59,414 nt of DNA from an uncultured Candidatus Saccharibacteria bacterium. Lineage in GTDB: Bacteria; Patescibacteriota; Minisyncoccia; UBA6257; UBA11618. The position numbers and the translations under genes are program-made. The notes below the pieces were generated by a model that ran no database searches, was not told the DNA's origin, and saw only the letters and a program-made list of their open reading frames with translations. Positions within the stretch are counted from its first letter, which is position 1; each line of letters begins with the position of its first letter. The DNA is taken from contig CAYICS010000005.1 of assembly GCA_964362125.1 (NCBI GenBank), positions 1 to 59,414 on the forward strand, in the 5' to 3' direction. Positions 36,926 through 46,840 of this stretch are shown here, piece after piece.

Positions 36926-36980
36926 ACAGCCGGTTGCCCTGCCTGCCGGCAGGCAGGTCTACCCGCTGAGCTACTGCGGA
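36926..36980 (-). pseudogene. Duplicated 5' half of tRNA-Asn with a 20-bp palindrome insertion
   Basis: Copy of 36632-36665 plus CCTGCCTGCCGGCAGGCAGG at 36938-36957. Confidence 0.85.
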
Positions 36981-37032
36981 ATCTGAAAAAATAATACCAG
37001 CTAGAAACTAGAAAATCAATCGGGGGACTTAA

Positions 37033-37100
37033 CCCCCACACCTAGTCAGTATTGCCCTGCGGGCATAAATAGCGACTAGCTTACTGACTAGGTGTGGGGG
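37033..37100. mobile_element. 68-bp MITE-like CCCCCACACCTA...TAGGTGTGGGGG element (also 58655-58722; 28-bp forms at ~37200 and 55432)
   Basis: Terminal inverted repeats and a shared internal TGCCC..GGCA hairpin. Confidence 0.75.
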
Positions 37101-37296
37101 TTGACAAGCATGCTATAATGTAAATACGAGATGAAAGGCAGCCGGCGTCGGGCTGTTTTTTGGTCTCCGCAACAGCCGAGTCAGACCGCCCCTATTTTAC
37201 CCCCACACCTATGCATAGGTGTGGGGGTACACTTTTTCCTATTTATAATTTATAATAAGGCCGGCACCCATTACCCATGAAAGAAGGAGTAAAACT

Positions 37297-37539
37297 GTGA
37301 TCTTCATCCCCAAGCGATTCGGTTCTTTGGAAAAAAAGTTGCTGAAGCTTCTTTTGGTGAAAAATGTCTCTGGATCAAGAGAAGAATTGAGCCGAATGCT
37401 TAACCAGAACACTTCTCTTTACAGTAGAACTGTCGTTAATCGTCTCCTCTCTTTTGGCATACTGACAAAAGATGAAGCCGGCCTGATCGCCTTGTCTCAA
37501 AGGGCAAAGACTATTCTTGATCGCCCAACTCGGAGTTGA
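37297..37539 (+). CDS. Hypothetical winged-helix-like protein
   Basis: SD AAGGAG before GTG; SREELSRML...VVNRLLSFGIL; terminator follows. Confidence 0.55.
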   Translation: MIFIPKRFGSLEKKLLKLLLVKNVSGSREELSRMLNQNTSLYSRTVVNRLLSFGILTKDEAGLIALSQRAKTILDRPTRS

Positions 37540-37568
37540 GCGGTCTTTTTTTATGATAAAATAATTAT

Positions 37569-38222
37569 GTGCTCCTCTCCACTCTTATTTTTCTTATTCT
37601 GGTCTGGCTGACTACTCTCAAAGCCGGCTGGAAATTTTCTCTGATTACCGGCTTGGTTCTGATAATCTGGCTGGGCGGCGTTGTGATATTGGGAAGAGCC
37701 GGATTTTTCGCGGCCAATCCCCTCTTTGCTCCCAATATTATTTTTGCCTTTTTGATACTCTTCGGTGTTTTAAGAAAAGTATTGGCTTCGCGCCCGGTAC
37801 AAAATTTTATTAAAAAGACCTCTGTGCCGTGGCTGACTGTCATTCAAACCTACCGTGTGGTGGGCGTCAGTTTTTTTGTTTTATATAATCAAGGGGTTCT
37901 GCCGGCGGTTTTTGCTTTTCCCTCCGGATTGGGAGATGTTTTCATCGGCGCCACTGCGCCTATTGTAGCTCTTATTTACCTGCTGAAAAAATCTTATTCC
38001 AAAAAACTGGCAATAATCTGGAATATTATCGGCATAGCTGATCTAGTGATCGCTGTCAGCATTGGCATCCTCGCTTTCCCCCGACCAGTCCAATTTCTCC
38101 CTACCATTATTTCTACAGAACCGCTATCATTATATCCATTGGTTGTCATTCCGCTTTTCGCTGTTCCTTTAGCAATAGTCATCCACATGATTTCATTAAA
38201 AAAGGTCGCGTTCGCTCCGTAA
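37569..38222 (+). CDS. Multi-pass membrane protein
   Basis: QTYRVVG, P..FA..SGLGD, WNIIGIADL, P.FAVP...H. Confidence 0.75.
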   Translation: MLLSTLIFLILVWLTTLKAGWKFSLITGLVLIIWLGGVVILGRAGFFAANPLFAPNIIFAFLILFGVLRKVLASRPVQNFIKKTSVPWLTVIQTYRVVGVSFFVLYNQGVLPAVFAFPSGLGDVFIGATAPIVALIYLLKKSYSKKLAIIWNIIGIADLVIAVSIGILAFPRPVQFLPTIISTEPLSLYPLVVIPLFAVPLAIVIHMISLKKVAFAP

Positions 38223-38252
38223 TAAGATACGGTGTTAGATTAAATAATTCTC

Positions 38253-38396
38253 ATGGATATTTACACAGCAGCCGGTGGTCCGATTCTTCTTGGAGTTTTA
38301 ATTGGTTTGACAGTCCTCCTGAAATGGCCCAACTGGGTCAATTATATTTGGGCGGTAGTCGCCATTCTCTGGGGCCTATTGCAAGTGTTGACCTAG
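38253..38396 (+). CDS. 47-aa 2-TM small protein (not in ORF track)
   Basis: MDIYTAAGGPILLGVLIGLTVLLKWPNWVNYIWAVVAILWGLLQVLT. Confidence 0.55.
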   Translation: MDIYTAAGGPILLGVLIGLTVLLKWPNWVNYIWAVVAILWGLLQVLT

Positions 38397-38424
38397 TTTC
38401 AATTTCAAGTATACTTAGACCCAT

Positions 38425-39150
38425 ATGAAAAATAATAAGGGTTTTTTAACTGTGCCAGTGGCGATTCTAGTGGCTGGTATTATTATTGCGGCGGCGATTA
38501 TTTATGCGGTCGGTTGGCGGGCCACGCCCGGCAGTCAGGGCCAGACAGCGCAGGTTGAAGAAACTCTGGGCGGCGACGAAGCCGCTGCTCTGAAAAAGAT
38601 GCGGCCGATCAGCGACAAAGACCATATTCTCGGCGATGCCAAGGCGCCGGTGAAAATTGTGGAGTACTCGGATACCGAATGCCCTTTTTGCAAAAGATTT
38701 CATAACACCGTCCATCAGGCGGTAACCGACTATCCCGGCCAAGTGGCTTGGGTCTATCGCCATTTTCCTTTGGACGCCCTGCACTCCAAAGCCCGCAAAG
38801 AGGCCGAGGCCACTGAATGCGCCGCGGAACTGGCCGGCAACGATGGCTTCTGGAAATATATTGACCGACTTTTTGAACTTACCCCATCCAACAATGGCCT
38901 TGATCCGGCGCAACTGCCCCAGATTGCTGTTGATGTTGGATTGGATAAAGCCAAGTTTGAAGAATGTCTGGCCAGCGGCCGCCATGCCTCAACAGTTGAA
39001 GAAGATGTTCAAGATGCTCTTGCCACCGGCGGCCAAGGCACGCCCAACAGCATCATCATTACCGCCAGCGGCGAAAAAATTTCCTTCTCCGGCGCCCAGC
39101 CCTATGAGGCGCTGAAGCAAGTGATTGACTTAGCCCTTCGGGCTAAGTAG
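38425..39150 (+). CDS. DsbA family thiol-disulfide oxidoreductase
   Basis: EYSDTECPFCKRFH, YRHFPL, GTP, GAQPYE. Confidence 0.9.
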   Translation: MKNNKGFLTVPVAILVAGIIIAAAIIYAVGWRATPGSQGQTAQVEETLGGDEAAALKKMRPISDKDHILGDAKAPVKIVEYSDTECPFCKRFHNTVHQAVTDYPGQVAWVYRHFPLDALHSKARKEAEATECAAELAGNDGFWKYIDRLFELTPSNNGLDPAQLPQIAVDVGLDKAKFEECLASGRHASTVEEDVQDALATGGQGTPNSIIITASGEKISFSGAQPYEALKQVIDLALRAK

Positions 39151-39174
39151 CTTTTAGCTTTTAGCTTTTAGCTG

Positions 39175-39534
39175 TTAGAAGGGATTTTCGAGTTTCTTAA
39201 TTATGGTAATGAGCATTTTTTGTATCTCTTCTAAAAGAGACTCAGCCTTGGAAAAGTTTACTTCTGGAAATAATTCTTTAGAGATTATTATTTGCGTTTC
39301 TAATTCGGCAGCCGATCCGTCAGCGATCCTTAGAAATTGCAAGAAGTCCTTTCTGGTTTTTCTTTTCTTGCCTTCAGCTATATTGGAAGGAATGGAAATT
39401 GCTGATTTCCTTATCTGACTGACTAATACGTATCGCTCTGAGAGTGGGAAGTTTTCGGTAATTTTATAAATTTCTTTCACTAATTCAATAGATCTTTGCC
39501 AAACAATTAATTCTTTAAAAGACTTAACATACAT
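39175..39534 (-). CDS. Four helix bundle protein (23S rRNA IVP/Avd-like family)
   Basis: SFKELIVWQRS, QIRKSAISIPSNIAEG, GSAAELETQ. Confidence 0.9.
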   Translation of the reverse strand: MYVKSFKELIVWQRSIELVKEIYKITENFPLSERYVLVSQIRKSAISIPSNIAEGKKRKTRKDFLQFLRIADGSAAELETQIIISKELFPEVNFSKAESLLEEIQKMLITIIKKLENPF

Positions 39535-39576
39535 ATTCTCCTCTAAAAGCTAACAGCTAACAGCTAAAAGCTCTAC

Positions 39577-40578
39577 TTAGTCCCAATTGAGCTGCCCTCC
39601 CACCTGATATTCGGTGACGCGAGTTTCAAAAAAGTTTTTCTCTTTGCGCAAGTCCATAATTTCACTCATCCAGGGAAAAGGATTTTTGCTGCCATAGACG
39701 CGAGGCAGGCCGATTCTCTCCAGCCGCCGATCGGCAATATATTGCAGATATTCTTTGATGACATCGGCATTAAGGCCAAGAATCCCCCGCGGCAGACAGT
39801 CATTGGCATAAGTATACTCCAGCCACACTCCCCGCTTAATATTCTCAATAATTGATTGCTTAAATTCTTCGGTCCAAATCTCGGGATTCTCGACGACAAT
39901 AGTATTAATCAGGTCTGTGCCAAAAGCCAAATGGATTGACTCATCTCTTAAAATATACTGGAACTGCTCACCCACCCCGGTCATCCGGTTCTGCCGCAAA
40001 AAAGACAGCATCATGGCAAAGCCGGCGTAAAAGAAAATACCCTCCATAATCACATAGTAGCCAATCAGATCATTGACGAATTTTTGGATATTGGCCGGGC
40101 CTTGAGTATTAAAATTAGGATCAAAAATCGACTTGGTCATTTCCATAACAAAATCATCTTTATCTTTAATGCTGGGGATGGTGTGGTAAGAGTTGTAGAC
40201 TTCATCCGGGTCAAGACCCAAAGAGTCACAGCAGTAAATAAAAGTCTCGGTGTGAATAGCTTCTTCATAGGCCTGCCGCAATAAATACTGTCGGCATTCA
40301 GGATTAGTGATGTGGCGATAAATGGCCAGAATAATATTGTTGGCAGTCAGACTCTCGGCAGTTGAAAAAAATCCGAGGTTGCGCATAATCAGCCGCCGCT
40401 CATCGTCACTTAAACCACCGGACTTTTTCCAAGTTTCCACATCCAACTGCATCGGCACTTCTTCCGGCGTCCAGTTGTTGGCCACCCCCGATAAATAATG
40501 AACTCGCGCCCAAGGATAACGGATGGGGAGAATTTTGTTGGGGTCAGTTCCAGGATTATTGAGAATAGATTTTTTCAT
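39577..40578 (-). CDS. nrdB: Ribonucleotide reductase class I beta subunit
   Basis: [30 protein letters not shown]. Confidence 0.95.
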   Translation of the reverse strand: MKKSILNNPGTDPNKILPIRYPWARVHYLSGVANNWTPEEVPMQLDVETWKKSGGLSDDERRLIMRNLGFFSTAESLTANNIILAIYRHITNPECRQYLLRQAYEEAIHTETFIYCCDSLGLDPDEVYNSYHTIPSIKDKDDFVMEMTKSIFDPNFNTQGPANIQKFVNDLIGYYVIMEGIFFYAGFAMMLSFLRQNRMTGVGEQFQYILRDESIHLAFGTDLINTIVVENPEIWTEEFKQSIIENIKRGVWLEYTYANDCLPRGILGLNADVIKEYLQYIADRRLERIGLPRVYGSKNPFPWMSEIMDLRKEKNFFETRVTEYQVGGQLNWD

Positions 40579-40694
40579 GTTACGGACTCATCTACCAATT
40601 ACGAAATTCGCCAGCCGGCGGATACGAATATACGAAATTACTAAACTTGTTTTCGTACATTCGTATATTCGTACCTTTTCGTAATCTGTAGCTA

Positions 40695-43487
40695 TCATTG
40701 GCAGGCTTCGCAGATCCCATCTTCATTAACATGAATCGCCACCACTGCCGCGGGCATTACTGATTCTGCCAAAACCAGATCTGGATTGGCCGGGACCGTG
40801 GTCATCTGCTGGCTCTTTAAGTCAACTGTGCTTTTCTCGATGGCAGTCGCCCCCAGAGTCCGGAGATAATAAGTGGTTTTCAAACCCAACCGCCAAGCAT
40901 AAAGATAAATATCAGATAAAACTTTGCCGGAGTTAGTGTTGGTAAAAATGTTGAGCGACTGACTCTGGTCAATCCACTTGCCGCGCTGGGCGGCGGCTCT
41001 AATCAGCCACTCTGGAGCGATTTCAAAAGCTTCTTTGTATTTATCACGCAATCTCTGGGGAATGACGGCGATGTTGCGGATACTGCCGTCATTGGCTTTA
41101 ATTCTCTCTAAAATTGTGTCATTCCAAAGACCGATGGCCTTTAAATCATTGATCAGGTATTGATTATCAACCGTGAATTCGCCGCTGATGTTGGATTTGA
41201 CATAAAGATTTTTGTAAATTGGCTCAATCGAGGGGAAACAGCCGCAGATATTGGAAATAGTGGCAGTGGGAGCAATAGCCAGACAGTTGGAATTACGGAT
41301 TCCGTATTGCCGCACCGCCTCCCGCACCGGCAGCCAATCAAGTTTGCCGGCTCGCGGCACCTCAATCGGCAGCATTCGCTCCTCCTCCAAAAGATCCAGA
41401 GTGTCTTGGGGAAAAATCCCCCGCTGCCACTTAGATCCCTGATAAGTTTCATAAGAGCCGCGCTCTTTAGCCAGATTGGCTGAAGTGAGAATGGCGTAAT
41501 AGGCAATCATTTCCATTGATTCATCAGCCAACTGCACCGCCTCTTCCGAATCAAAATTGATATCAAGCAGATAGAGAACATCCTGAAAGCCCATCACTCC
41601 TAAACCAACCGGCCGATGACGAAGGTTGGCGTATTGACCTTCGGGAGTAGGATAATAATTGATGTCGATGACATTATCGAGCATCCGCATCGCTACCGTT
41701 ACCGTATCCCGAATTAATCCCTCATCAAGGCGGCCGTTAATAACATGCCGGGCCAGATTAACCGAACCCAAATTACAAACCGCTGTCTCATCCTTGGAGG
41801 TGTTCAGGGTAATTTCTGTACAAAGATTAGAGCTGTGAATTACCCCGGCATGATCTTGAGGCGAACGGATATTGACTGGATCTTTCCAAGTCATCCAAGG
41901 GTGACCGGTTTCAAAAAGCCGGGTGAGCATTTTTTTCCAGAGGTCGCGGGCGCGCAGCCGTTTATAAAGACGAATCTCGCCCCGGTCAGCCATCGCTTCG
42001 TATTCCTGATAGCGGACTTCAAACTGCCGGCCGTAAATATGATGAAGGTCAGGCACTTCATCGGGAGAAAAAAGAGTCCAGTCACCATCCTCCGTCACCC
42101 GCTTCATAAACAGGTCGGGAATCCAATTGGCAATGTTCATATCATGAGTTCTTCTGCGCTCATCGCCGGTGTTGCGCCGCAGATCAAGAAAATCTTCAAT
42201 ATCAAAATGCCAGGTTTCCAGGTAGGCGCAGGTGGCGCCGCGGCGCCGACCACTGCGGTTGATGGCCACGGTTGTATCATTAGCGATTTTTAAGAAAGGA
42301 ATCACGCCCTGACTTTCCACGTTGGTGGTCTTAATCAAGGCGCCGGTGGCCCGCAGGCCTGACCAGTCATTAGCCACCCCGCCCGCCCACTTGGCCATCT
42401 GGGAATTATCACCGATACATTTGAAAATATGGTGAAGATCATCTTCGACAGTGGTTAAATAACAAGAGCTTAGTTGGGGCTTGGTAGTGGCGGCGTGAAA
42501 AAGAGTGGGGGTGGAATTCATAAACCTTAAAGTTGACAAAACTTCATAAAACTCAATGGCCCATTTTTCTTTTTCCTTTTCGCCCAAGGCCAACCCCATA
42601 GCAATCCGCATCCAAAAAGCTTGAGGTGTTTCCAAACGCCGGTTATTCCTCTGATCTGAAATGTAGCAGCGATCATAAAGAGCCTGCAGGCCGCGGAAGG
42701 GCAAAAGTTTGTCGCGACTGATCTGGAGGGCCGCCGCCAGTCTCTCTAAATCAAAATTAAGCAATTCCGGAGTCAGCCGGCCAAGGGCCACTGCCTGTTT
42801 AATATTTTCAATAAAGGTTTCCCGATAAACTTTTTCTAAATCTAACGAAGCATATTTTTTGCCGATAGCCTCTTTATATAAAGCGAATCGGAAAAGATTG
42901 GTGGTGATAACCGAGTAACTAGGATCGCGCTCGATAAAAGAGCGGGCGGTCATAATACAGAGCTGGGCAATCTCGCTGGTGGTGGTGCCTTCATGAATAC
43001 TAGGCAGACAATGATCAAGAAAAAGATCAACGTCAATCACCCCTTCGTAGCCGTTAAGAGCCTGAAGGAAATAGCGGCGGATTTTATTTTCATCAAAAAC
43101 CTGCTTCTCTCCCGATCTTTTCACCACTGCCAACTGCCGCTCCCGAATTTTCTGCAAGACCTGCTGTTGACGCTCTTCTCTCATTTCCCGGTGGCGTTCG
43201 CGGTAAAGGATGTAGGCGCGGGCAACATCATAAAAACCGTCCTCCATCATAGTGCGCTCCACCACATCCTGAACACCTTCTACATCAGGCAGGCCGCCGC
43301 CGGCCCAACGTTCTTCAATTCTTTTAACAGCTTTGAGAGTAAGTTCTTTTAAATTGTCGTTATCCACCCGGCCCAGCACTGCCAGCATCGCCTTTTCCAT
43401 GGCGGTAGTGATTTTGCCGGGATAAAAATCAACCAAAGTACCATTCCGCTTGCGGATCTGACCAATGGTAGTGGTAACTGGGGCCAT
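40695..43487 (-). CDS. nrdA: Ribonucleotide reductase class I alpha subunit with two ATP cones
   Basis: QLSSCYL, SNLCTEI, CNLGS, APTATIS, KTTYYLR, CEACQ. Confidence 0.95.
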   Translation of the reverse strand: MAPVTTTIGQIRKRNGTLVDFYPGKITTAMEKAMLAVLGRVDNDNLKELTLKAVKRIEERWAGGGLPDVEGVQDVVERTMMEDGFYDVARAYILYRERHREMREERQQQVLQKIRERQLAVVKRSGEKQVFDENKIRRYFLQALNGYEGVIDVDLFLDHCLPSIHEGTTTSEIAQLCIMTARSFIERDPSYSVITTNLFRFALYKEAIGKKYASLDLEKVYRETFIENIKQAVALGRLTPELLNFDLERLAAALQISRDKLLPFRGLQALYDRCYISDQRNNRRLETPQAFWMRIAMGLALGEKEKEKWAIEFYEVLSTLRFMNSTPTLFHAATTKPQLSSCYLTTVEDDLHHIFKCIGDNSQMAKWAGGVANDWSGLRATGALIKTTNVESQGVIPFLKIANDTTVAINRSGRRRGATCAYLETWHFDIEDFLDLRRNTGDERRRTHDMNIANWIPDLFMKRVTEDGDWTLFSPDEVPDLHHIYGRQFEVRYQEYEAMADRGEIRLYKRLRARDLWKKMLTRLFETGHPWMTWKDPVNIRSPQDHAGVIHSSNLCTEITLNTSKDETAVCNLGSVNLARHVINGRLDEGLIRDTVTVAMRMLDNVIDINYYPTPEGQYANLRHRPVGLGVMGFQDVLYLLDINFDSEEAVQLADESMEMIAYYAILTSANLAKERGSYETYQGSKWQRGIFPQDTLDLLEEERMLPIEVPRAGKLDWLPVREAVRQYGIRNSNCLAIAPTATISNICGCFPSIEPIYKNLYVKSNISGEFTVDNQYLINDLKAIGLWNDTILERIKANDGSIRNIAVIPQRLRDKYKEAFEIAPEWLIRAAAQRGKWIDQSQSLNIFTNTNSGKVLSDIYLYAWRLGLKTTYYLRTLGATAIEKSTVDLKSQQMTTVPANPDLVLAESVMPAAVVAIHVNEDGICEACQ

Positions 43488-43571
43488 TACAATATCTATC
43501 TTAGTCCTTCCTCACTGCCATTCAAGCCCCACTTATCCACAGAATAAGCAATAAATCTGATATTTTGTCAA

Positions 43572-44849
43572 CTACTTCTTGCGTTTGCGCAAAAAGGTAG
43601 GGATATCCCAGATGTCAGTGACTTTTTTAGAATTTTTTTCTTGAGATTTGGGAAGGAGTGGGGCTTTAACTGCCATCGCCGGAGTGCTTAAGGCCACTGC
43701 TGGCCGCGGTTGTTCTACTGGCCGGGGCTTCAAGGGAGGCGGCTCTGGCGCCTTATGACTTAAAGTGGGCACGGGCCGCTCTTGAGCTGTGTCGAAGAGC
43801 TTTACTTCCACCTTTTCCCCAAACAAAGTGGTGGCAATAGCCGGCTCTGGCCGGGGGCTGCCCTCTTCTACAAAACTGGTGGCGATCAAAGTCACTCTGA
43901 TCTGTCCGGCTTTGAGCTTACGATCATGATAAGCGCCGAAAATAATCTTGGCGCCGCTATCGACATTATCAGTGATGGTTTTGGCAATATCGTGAACCTC
44001 GGTCATCTTCAAATCCCGGCCGCCGGAAACGCCAAACAAAACTCCTTTGGCGCCATCAATAGTGGTTTCAATTAAGGGCGAGTTAATGGCTTGTTGCACC
44101 GCCGCTCCGGCCCGCTCTCTACCGCTGCCATAGCCAATACCAACAATGGCTGTGCCAGCATTGCGCATCACCGCCTTAACATCAGCAAAGTCGACATTAA
44201 TCAGGCCGGGCATGGTGATTAGTTCGGTGATTCCCCGAACTGCATTTTTTAAAACACTATCAATGGCTTCAAAGGCCTTACCAATTGAGGTGTCGCGGCT
44301 GACCACCTGAAAAATTCGATCATTGGGAATAACAATCAAGGCGTCTACTTTGTCTTTAATTTTAACTAAACCTTCCTGAGCAATCTTCATTCTCTGGCCG
44401 CCCTCGAAAGTAAAGGGTTTGGTGACTACCGCCACTACCAGTGCCCCCAGTTCCCGGGCTACTTCGGCCACGATCACCGAAGCGGCCGAGCCCGTACCGC
44501 CGCCAAAAGTCGAGGCAATAAAAACCAGATCAGCGCCCTTGATAGCTTCAGCAATCTCCGCCCGATTTTCTTCAGCCGCCTGCCGGCCCAACTCCGGATT
44601 CATACCCGCCCCCAAACCGCGGGTAACATTTTTTCCAATATGAAGTTTTTTGTGAGCCTGACAAAATTCCAAGTCCTGCAGATCAGTATTAATAACAATA
44701 AACTCCACTCCTTTAATAAAACCTTCTTTCATCCGCGTCACCGCATTACCGCCGCCGCCGCCAACGCCCACCACCTTAATTAAAGCGGGATTTTTAGGAG
44801 AAACTTTGCGCACCGGCCGAGGCCTTGCTTTTTTAACCTTCCCCATCAT
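43572..44849 (-). CDS. ftsZ: Cell division protein FtsZ
   Basis: GVGGGGGNAV, GGGTGS, INVDFADV, DIPTFLR. Confidence 0.97.
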   Translation of the reverse strand: MMGKVKKARPRPVRKVSPKNPALIKVVGVGGGGGNAVTRMKEGFIKGVEFIVINTDLQDLEFCQAHKKLHIGKNVTRGLGAGMNPELGRQAAEENRAEIAEAIKGADLVFIASTFGGGTGSAASVIVAEVARELGALVVAVVTKPFTFEGGQRMKIAQEGLVKIKDKVDALIVIPNDRIFQVVSRDTSIGKAFEAIDSVLKNAVRGITELITMPGLINVDFADVKAVMRNAGTAIVGIGYGSGRERAGAAVQQAINSPLIETTIDGAKGVLFGVSGGRDLKMTEVHDIAKTITDNVDSGAKIIFGAYHDRKLKAGQIRVTLIATSFVEEGSPRPEPAIATTLFGEKVEVKLFDTAQERPVPTLSHKAPEPPPLKPRPVEQPRPAVALSTPAMAVKAPLLPKSQEKNSKKVTDIWDIPTFLRKRKK

Positions 44850-44886
44850 TGCTCTTATGGTTAATCCCGAAAGGCTAAAGTGTCAA

Positions 44887-46119
44887 CTAGGGTAAAAATT
44901 GATCAAACAACTTACGCAGAGCGCCGCTGACACCAGAGGGCTTGCGGGGCGCCGCCAATGATTGGTTGTGTGACCAAAGAATCAAGCCTAGAGCACAGGC
45001 GAACTCCGGCTCTTCCACTCTGATGGCCAGTTCACCATTGGGCAATTCCAAACCAGATAAATCAGGCTCGCCAATTTGCGACGGCAGTCTCAGCTCCTGC
45101 CGCGCCAACTCCACCATGCCCGGCAATTTCGCTCCTCCCCCGACTAATACTACTCCGGCTGGCAGGCGGCCGGCTTTGCCGATACGCTTCAACTCATTCT
45201 GCACAAACTCAAAGATTTCCGAGAGGCGCATCTCGGTAATTTCTCCAATGAAGCGCCGGGTAGCCGCACCCTTGGCCCGAGGATCAATTTTTCGCAGATC
45301 AATCATCTCCCGCGCTCCCACTTCTTTGGCTAAAGCTGAAGCAAAAGTACATTTAATCGCCTCGGCGGCCTCAATGGAAACTTTCAAACCAATAGCCAAG
45401 TCATTGGTGACATTGCTGGCGCCCACTGGAAACACCGCCACATCAATCAACTTGCCCTCTTCATAGACCGCCAAGCCAGTGGTGCCAAAGCCAACATCAA
45501 CCAAGGCCACTCCCAAGTCTTTCTGATTCCGGGTGAGGATGCTTTGAGAACTGGCCAAGGGACCAAAAATTAAGCCGGCGATCTCACCGCCGGCAGTTTC
45601 CACTGCCCGCACCAAAGATTTCACCGCCGGCTCAAAGGCGTCAACAATTAAAGTATTCACTTCCAGCCGACTGCCCACCATCCCCAGAGGATCTCTGATA
45701 TCACCAACATTGTCCACTAAAAATTCCTGGTTAATCAAATGGACAATGGTGCGGTTGGGCGGCAAGTTGATGGCTTGAGCCGCCTGCACCACTCGGGCGA
45801 TGTCGTCCTTATAAATTTGGTAATCAGCCCGGGAAACTGCCACAATCCCCCGCGATGACTGAACTTTGGCATGGGCGTTGCCGATATTTAAAAAAATGTT
45901 TTTCTGGACTTCGGGGTAATTCTGCCTCAACTCAATAAAGACTTGACTGATGGCGCTGGTTAAATCAGTGACATCATCGACTAAACCCTTGCGCAAACCC
46001 CGCGAGGGAAAACGGAGAGCGTCAAGCAGCGCCAACTTGCCATCTTTGCGAATTTCTCCGACGATGGCCTTGATGTTGGCCGAACCGATGTCTAGCGCGA
46101 GGATTTGTGTTGCTGCCAT
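44887..46119 (-). CDS. ftsA: Cell division protein FtsA
   Basis: LDIGSANIK, VDVGFGTT, VLVGGGAKLPG. Confidence 0.95.
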   Translation of the reverse strand: MAATQILALDIGSANIKAIVGEIRKDGKLALLDALRFPSRGLRKGLVDDVTDLTSAISQVFIELRQNYPEVQKNIFLNIGNAHAKVQSSRGIVAVSRADYQIYKDDIARVVQAAQAINLPPNRTIVHLINQEFLVDNVGDIRDPLGMVGSRLEVNTLIVDAFEPAVKSLVRAVETAGGEIAGLIFGPLASSQSILTRNQKDLGVALVDVGFGTTGLAVYEEGKLIDVAVFPVGASNVTNDLAIGLKVSIEAAEAIKCTFASALAKEVGAREMIDLRKIDPRAKGAATRRFIGEITEMRLSEIFEFVQNELKRIGKAGRLPAGVVLVGGGAKLPGMVELARQELRLPSQIGEPDLSGLELPNGELAIRVEEPEFACALGLILWSHNQSLAAPRKPSGVSGALRKLFDQFLP

Positions 46120-46415
46120 AGTTGTTTTTCTTTTTTCTCCATTTCCATTCTATCACTTTTTTTCTGATGGTCATAACCGAGAAGATGGAGAAAGCCATGA
46201 ATAAGCATTTTCTCTGAACCGGGATTAAGATAAATCTCTCCCAGTGGTTTGACGCCCTTGGGCAAATCCGGACGGGGAAAATTTTTGGGCGCGGGAAAGG
46301 CCAGGACGTTTTTCTTCATAAAAGCGTCACCCACAATATAGACCTCCACCTGTCCCGGTTGCAACTTAAAGATCTGGTTTAGCTTGCTTAATAATTTCAC
46401 TAATGATTTTGGCAT
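46092..46415 (-). CDS. ybeY: rRNA maturation RNase YbeY (short form)
   Basis: NVLAFP, LGEIYL, HGFLHLLGYDH. Confidence 0.85.
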   Translation of the reverse strand: MPKSLVKLLSKLNQIFKLQPGQVEVYIVGDAFMKKNVLAFPAPKNFPRPDLPKGVKPLGEIYLNPGSEKMLIHGFLHLLGYDHQKKSDRMEMEKKEKQLWQQHKSSR

Positions 46416-46818
46416 CGGCTTTACCTTTAAGTTCGGCCATTACTGCTTTCATTGCCTCCCCAAAATTACCAGGATTAGCTTCGGAAAGGATTCTTTTTAC
46501 GGCCTGTTCTATTTCTTCCCGGCTCATTTGGGCTGGCAGATATTTCTGGAGAATGGAGATTTCTTTTGCCTCTTTTTCCGCCAACTCTGACCGGTTACCC
46601 TGATTATATAAAATGACGGCTTCCTGCCGCTTTTTTACTTCTTTTTGGAGAACTTCAATCACCTCGTCGTCAGTTAATTCTTCAGATTGGCCTTTACCCC
46701 TTTTTTCAATAGCTTTGTTATGGAGGGCGGCATTTACAAAACGCAAAACGCCGACGGTAAAACTATCCCCTGATTTCATGGCATTTTTTAGATCATCGTT
46801 TATTCGTATCATTAGCAT
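46366..46818 (-). CDS. GatB/YqeY domain protein
   Basis: DLKNAMKSGD, KEVKKRQEA, KYLPAQMS, LKGKAD. Confidence 0.9.
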   Translation of the reverse strand: MLMIRINDDLKNAMKSGDSFTVGVLRFVNAALHNKAIEKRGKGQSEELTDDEVIEVLQKEVKKRQEAVILYNQGNRSELAEKEAKEISILQKYLPAQMSREEIEQAVKRILSEANPGNFGEAMKAVMAELKGKADAKIISEIIKQAKPDL

Positions 46819-46840
46819 AATTCGTATATTAGTATCGATA

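Noticed and set aside
39175-39534. Diversity-generating retroelement (Avd-like gene)
   Set aside because: No reverse transcriptase and no TR/VR pair with adenine-specific mismatches seen; the 305-bp repeat copies appear identical
40695-43487. Intein or intron in the long nrdA
   Set aside because: The length is explained by two N-terminal ATP cones; no intein motifs seen
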